Positions 24,824 through 30,046 of a stretch of DNA of 30,046 nt are shown piece after piece. The stretch covers positions 7,973,734-8,003,779 of the forward strand of contig CM119264.1 of assembly GCA_051294375.1 (NCBI GenBank), in the 5' to 3' direction. Under the pieces are notes generated by a model that worked only from the letters and a program-made list of their open reading frames with translations, was not told the origin of the DNA and did not search any database. Made by a program: the position numbers and the translations under genes. This DNA is from Paraspadella gotoi (taxonomy: Eukaryota > Animalia > Chaetognatha). Position 1 is the first letter of the stretch, and the number at the start of each line of letters is the position of its first letter.

Positions 24824-27112
24824 GATAGGTATAGAAAAGAGAGAAGTGAAAAGACAGAAGATGGAAAAGTCACTAGTGAGCAGAAGAGGAACTGCAGATA
24901 GGAAAACAATTCTTTAAAAGTTATATTATAGGATTTATAATTTTATATATAAATGATTTGTATTGGTTGCACCAATTTCATTAAGCTTGAATCTGATTAA
25001 TAAAGTCAGGCTTTTTGATTAAAGTCGATTCACTCGATGATAAAGACAAATAAGACAGGGGCGATGATGACAGTGACAAACATGGACAACAGTGAATGTG
25101 ACAAAGGCCAAAAGGGACAACAGTGAATGTGACAGAGATAAAAAGGCCGGAAAGATTGAGGAAAGAAATAGAGAGAGGGAAAAGAAAGAGAGAGACNNNN
25201 NNNNNNNNNNNNNNNNNNNNNNNNNNNNNNNNNNNNNNNNNNNNNNNNNNNNNNNNNNNNNNNNNNNNNNNNNNNNNNNNNNNNNNNNNNNNNNNNNNNN
25301 NNNNNNNNNNNNNNNNNNNNNNNNNNNNNNNNNNNNNNNNNNNNNNNNNNNNNNNNNNNNNNNNNNNNNNNNNNNNNNNNNNNNNNTCTGTGTAACTGTA
25401 AGAAGGTTGCGGAATTCGAAATTAATACAGAAATAATCTGATCTCTACTAATTTCGATAACATTACTATATTTTTTATTACTTCTTAGTTCTTAGTTCCG
25501 TGATTTTTTTTAAAGAATCAGTCAACGTAAATTAGATATCANNNNNNNNNNNNNNNNNNNNNNNNNNNNNNNNNNNNNNNNNNNNNNNNNNNNNNNNNNN
25601 NNNNNNNNNNNNNNNNNNNNNNNNNNNNNNNNNNNNNNNNNNNNNNNNNNNNNNNNNNNNNNNNNNNNNNNNNNNNNNNNNNNNNNNNNNNNNNNNNNNN
25701 NNNNNNNNNNNNNNNNNNNNNNNNNNNNNNNNNNNNNNNNNNNNNNNNNNNNNNNNNNNNNNNNNNNNNNNNNNNNNNNNNNNAAAAAAAGATGATGATG
25801 AAAGGCGAAGACGGAAAAGGAAAGAGAAGAAAGAAAAGTAGGAGACGTGTTGGGCGGAGTTGGCGGAGCAAGATGGCGGGCGGGTCGGGCAGGGGGAGGG
25901 GCGAAGTAAGTTGGAGGTTGATCAGGGTGGGTAGGGAGCATCGCGCCGCGGGAGAGGAAAAGCGAGCGCTTGGGAAGAAGAACGGACGGAGGTTATGTGA
26001 ATAACGAGCTTCGGAGAGATAAGAGCACCTTCTTCCCGCTGCCGCTGCATGCCGCCGACCGCCGCCCGCCGCCCGCCGCCGCCCGCCGCGGCAGCCGCCC
26101 CCCCTTCCGGGCTTCCCGCCAAGTGATGAATGTGATTAATGCTTCTCGGTTCACACGTCCTCCTTACATTTTTTTTTCAAAAGCCGTCGAAGGGAAGAGT
26201 GACACTTTTGAAGTTCGAGGAAAGGATAATAAGTGATGTCTGTCGCGAAAGTAAGGTCGAAGCGGTTAGAGGGTGAGTTAAGTGAGAAGAAGAATGCAGT
26301 GGAGCTGGGAAAAAAGAGTTGATCTCGCGCAAGGTTGAAGTGCGTTACATGCCTTAATAGCAGTTCTGAATGTTAGNNNNNNNNNNNNNNNNNNNNNNNN
26401 NNNNNNNNNNNNNNNNNNNNNNNNNNNNNNNNNNNNNNNNNNNNNNNNNNNNNNNNNNNNNNNNNNNNNNNNNNNNNNNNNNNNNNNNNNNNNNNNNNNN
26501 NNNNNNNNNNNNNNNNNNNNNNNNNNNNNNNNNNNNNNNNNNNNNNNNNNNNNNNNNNNNNNNNNNNNNNNNNNNNNNNNNNNNNNNNNNNNNNNNNNNN
26601 NNNNNNNNNCGCGATATCGATTTCATTTTTCCGAGTGGTAAAATCGTCCTCGATGTAACAACTTCATCAACGTCTACTAGGTAATTCCCCGTTGCCACCT
26701 ATCGATCAGCGGTGGAGTTTCTCCGCCTTTAATCTTAATCCTTCTCTTATCAAATGAAATCCTAGTGTTTATCGAGGCCGCGATCCGTGGGACAGGAATT
26801 AGAGGGGAATCTGTAGAAATTGATGATATTCATGGGGTTTTAATGAATGAATTAGGAATGCAACCTCTTTTGTTGGTGTTTTTATTCATAATACAAAAAC
26901 ATGGATAAATAAAAATAATAATATTACAGCCACTAGTTATGATAGTCCCTCGTTTCCATTGACCAAGTTTAGGGATATTTTCCTCTTATCTCTCTCTCTC
27001 TCCCTCTCTTCTTTCCTTTCAATCCCGTCCGGATTTAAAGTCAGAATCCGCGAATGACAGATTATGACGCAATCGATGACGTCATCTCATCGTAAATTCC
27101 ATATCCTGGCGT
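24824..27112 (-). repeat. Inverted, error-rich, partly N-filled copy of 22452-24586
   Basis: gataggt...gaaaagtcactagt is the reverse complement of 24534-24586, and the match continues back to acgccaggatatggaatttacg at 22452. Confidence 0.95.
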
Positions 27113-27370
27113 NNNNNNNNNNNNNNNNNNNNNNNNNNNNNNNNNNNNNNNNNNNNNNNNNNNNNNNNNNNNNNNNNNNNNNNNNNNNNNNNNNNNNNNN
27201 NNNNNNNNNNNNNNNNNNNNNNNNNNNNNNNNNNNNNNNNNNNNNNNNNNNNNNNNNNNNNNNNNNNNNNNNNNNNNNNNNNNNNNNNNNNNNNNNNNNN
27301 NNNNNNNNNNNNNNNNNNNNNNNNNNNNNNNNNNNNNNNNNNNNNNNNNNNNNNNNNNNNNNNNNNNNNN

Positions 27371-27562
27371 GAATTTCACAGATTGATGGTCACCGAATTC
27401 ACGAGATTCGGGATCGAAGGTTTCGACCCGAGATTCACGATTCGAAGCCGAGAATCGGAATCTGGCCGACGACGATTTTGAGGAAATGAAGATCTCATGC
27501 TGGATTTTTCAATTTTGGAATTTTGTTTTGAAAGAAGACCTTGATGATTTATTTTATGAGTT

Positions 27563-27593
<31 letters not shown>

Positions 27594-28166
27594 ANNNNNN
27601 NNNNNNNNNNNNNNNNNNNAATTGGTACACCAAATAATAAAATTATCCATCTCATTTAATAAATAAGCTATCTTCCCCCCTGACTTGGACAGGCTTTGAG
27701 TGTTTAAGGCTTCCATCATCTTACAAGATAAGTGACGTAGCAGGTCCTGCAAGCTTTCAATCAAGACTCTCCCAAACTAGTCTCGTTTATTCACTCCAGA
27801 GTAACCTGGTTACTTATAGAATATATATATACTATTATATATATTAATATTATAGTATATTATAGTATATATATATAATATATATTATAGTTATAATATA
27901 TATAAATAATATATTATATAAAATATATATAATATATATATATATAAATATATTATATATATATAAGAAACTCAGTAAAATAATCAATTCAAGGTCTTTC
28001 TTTCAAACAGAATTTCCATACATGTGAAAATTCAGCATGAGAATCTTATTCCTCAAATCGTCGTCGGCCCAGATCCGATCGTCGGCTTCGGAAATTCGTG
28101 AATCTGGGGCATCGAAACCTTCGATCCCGAATCTCGTGATTCGGTGACCATGAAATCTTGAAATTC
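27371..28166. repeat. Inverted repeat pair, ~27371-27565 vs ~27965-28166
   Basis: acgagattcgggatcgaaggtttcga pairs with tcgaaaccttcgatcccgaatctcgt. About 200-bp arms with indels, either side of a ~25-N gap and an (AT)-rich tract. Confidence 0.9.
27820..27965. repeat. Degenerate (AT)n tract
   Basis: Read directly from the sequence. Confidence 0.92.
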
Positions 28167-28477
28167 CGGATCACGGAACCATCCAGTAAACTCGGAGCCA
28201 GATACTGAATTTTCGGGGGGGTGGGGTGGATATTGGGGGAAAGGGAGGGACTGAGGAAGATAAGCGACGACCGGAACGGCGCTGGGTGAAAACTGGACCC
28301 TCTCTCTGTGCATGTCCTACTGTGTCCTCTTCTCGTTTCTCTTCTCTCTTGTCTCTCTCATATATATATCGCTCTCTTTCCCTCACTCTCTCGCTCTCTC
28401 GCTCTCTCGCTCTCTCGCTCGCTCTGTAACAATATGTATTGTTAACTGTCACATTTTTGAGCATTAAAAATCAAATG

Positions 28478-28480
<3 letters not shown>

Positions 28481-28556
<76 letters not shown>
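28481..28556. repeat. (CT)n microsatellite
   Basis: Read directly from the sequence. Confidence 0.97.
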
Positions 28557-28561
<5 letters not shown>

Positions 28562-29180
28562 CAGTCAAAGTCCCTCGATCCGCCGTAACAACATGACAAA
28601 ACTCGCGATAAAGGTTCAAACTCGAATTTCTGGACCGAGCGTGGTTGACTCCGAAACAAAAGCGCAAGCCCGACTTCGCCCTTCTTTAATGATTAAACTG
28701 ATTAATAATTAATCTGCGATAAAGGTAGAAAAAAAAAGGGAAATTGATTAACCTTTTGGCCACCTGGTGTCGGGAGTCGATGAACGCCGAGAACAAAAAG
28801 AGTTCTAGATTTTTGGAGCGACCGAAACTGTTCCTGTTTTAACGATTATTAGTGGCCATTTCGCGATTGGTTGATCGTATAATCATTTGATTCTTGGGTT
28901 GCAGTGATTGACTTACTTTGTCATTATTTTGATTCTAGGTTTTAAACTTACAGTTTTTTTTCTCATTTTCCTAAAAAAAAAGCAGATTTTTTTTTCTTTT
29001 ATTCATTCTCTTGATTTCTTACTTTTTCCTTTCTTCTCGAAATCGCAAAATCGATCCTTTTCATCGTTCGATCGGAAACAATAGTCCACGCCCCCCCTCT
29101 CCTCTTCCGCCACGCCCACCTCACCCATTCTTTCTCACTTCTCACCGCTTCCCCCATTCATTCGCCTTTTGACGCCCGTT

Positions 29181-29750
29181 AAGGAAATGCTTGATCATTT
29201 CCTTTCTCCCGTTTATTCCCCGAAGAAGGAACATTAAGCTCTGCTTGTTAAATGACCAAAAGATGTCCATTAGCCTTATCCAGACGAGCGAGGAACGTTT
29301 GCCGTCTCACTCGTCAATCTCGTCTCTTCTCATCTCCAGTCAGTAGTCCTCGTCTCTTCTCGTCTCTCTCTTCTCACTCTCGTCTCTCCTGCGTCTCTCT
29401 CTCTCTTTTGATTGCCAAAATCATTGCAATGGGAGTATCAAGGAAATGCTTGATCATTTCCTTTCTCGGCCGTTTTGATTTCACCGAAGAAGGAACATTT
29501 AAAGCTCTGGCTTGTTAAATTGACCAACAAGATGTCCATTAGCCTTATTCCAGACGGAGCGAGGAATACGTTTTGCCGTCTCACTCTCTCTCCTCTTCCT
29601 CTCTCTCTGCTCGTCTCAGTCGTCTCCTCTCCTCTCTGCTCTGCTCTCTCTCTGCTCTCTCTCTCTGTCTCCACTACTGCTGTTTCTCTCTCGTCATTCT
29701 CTCTTCGTCTGCCTCTTTGATGCAAACAATTGGCAGATGGGGGAGTATCA
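29181..29750 (+). repeat. Imperfect direct tandem duplication (29181-29439 and 29440-29750)
   Basis: Both copies begin aaggaaatgcttgatcatttcctttctc, contain agatgtccattagcctta and end gggagtatca. They differ mainly by indels. Confidence 0.9.
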
Positions 29751-29871
29751 ACAAAAATATACATAGCGCCGAGGAAATACGAGGGATGGCTTAGAGAGAA
29801 AGTGACAGCAACGACAAAGCAGGGCAAGAGAGCAGTAAAGTAGAGAGAGAGAGAGAGAGAGAGTAGAGAGA

Positions 29872-29905
<34 letters not shown>

Positions 29906-30046
29906 TCTACTGAGGGCCTTTTCGTCCCATTCCGGTTTGACTTCTTTGTTCCAAAGTTGGACATGATTACGGCCGCCGGTGGAGGACAGAGATCAGGAGG
30001 TTAGCCACAAAGGAAGAAAATAAAGAGAAGAAAGAAGGAGGAGGGA

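Noticed and set aside
12322-27112. Repeated segment as an LTR element, foldback transposon or amplified gene array
   Set aside because: No transposase, RT or integrase ORF, no TG...CA ends and no target-site duplications. Copy starts coincide with 25-N spacers and the inversion points differ between copies.

Overview
This is gappy draft-assembly DNA from a eukaryote, probably an invertebrate (GT-AG introns, dense (AG)n/(TTTC)n/(GAC)n microsatellites, abundant CpG). I see no prokaryotic features, recognisable protein family, RNA gene, transposase/RT or CRISPR array. The best gene evidence is a minus-strand, phase-consistent three-exon model at 1-1108 encoding an unknown hydrophilic protein. 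Two promoter-like motif clusters stand out: RFX half-sites at about 2.9-3.1 kb and YY1 + 3x CACGTGA + ETS at about 11.4-11.7 kb. From 12.3 to 27.6 kb one locus appears three times. Each copy starts right after a 25-N spacer and looks identical for about 2.26 kb. Each then continues as an indel-noisy version of the same downstream sequence and folds back on itself at a different point. This fits long-read gap filling with chimeric (MDA-type or missed-adapter) reads better than real biology. I do not find convincing support for a new biological system here.
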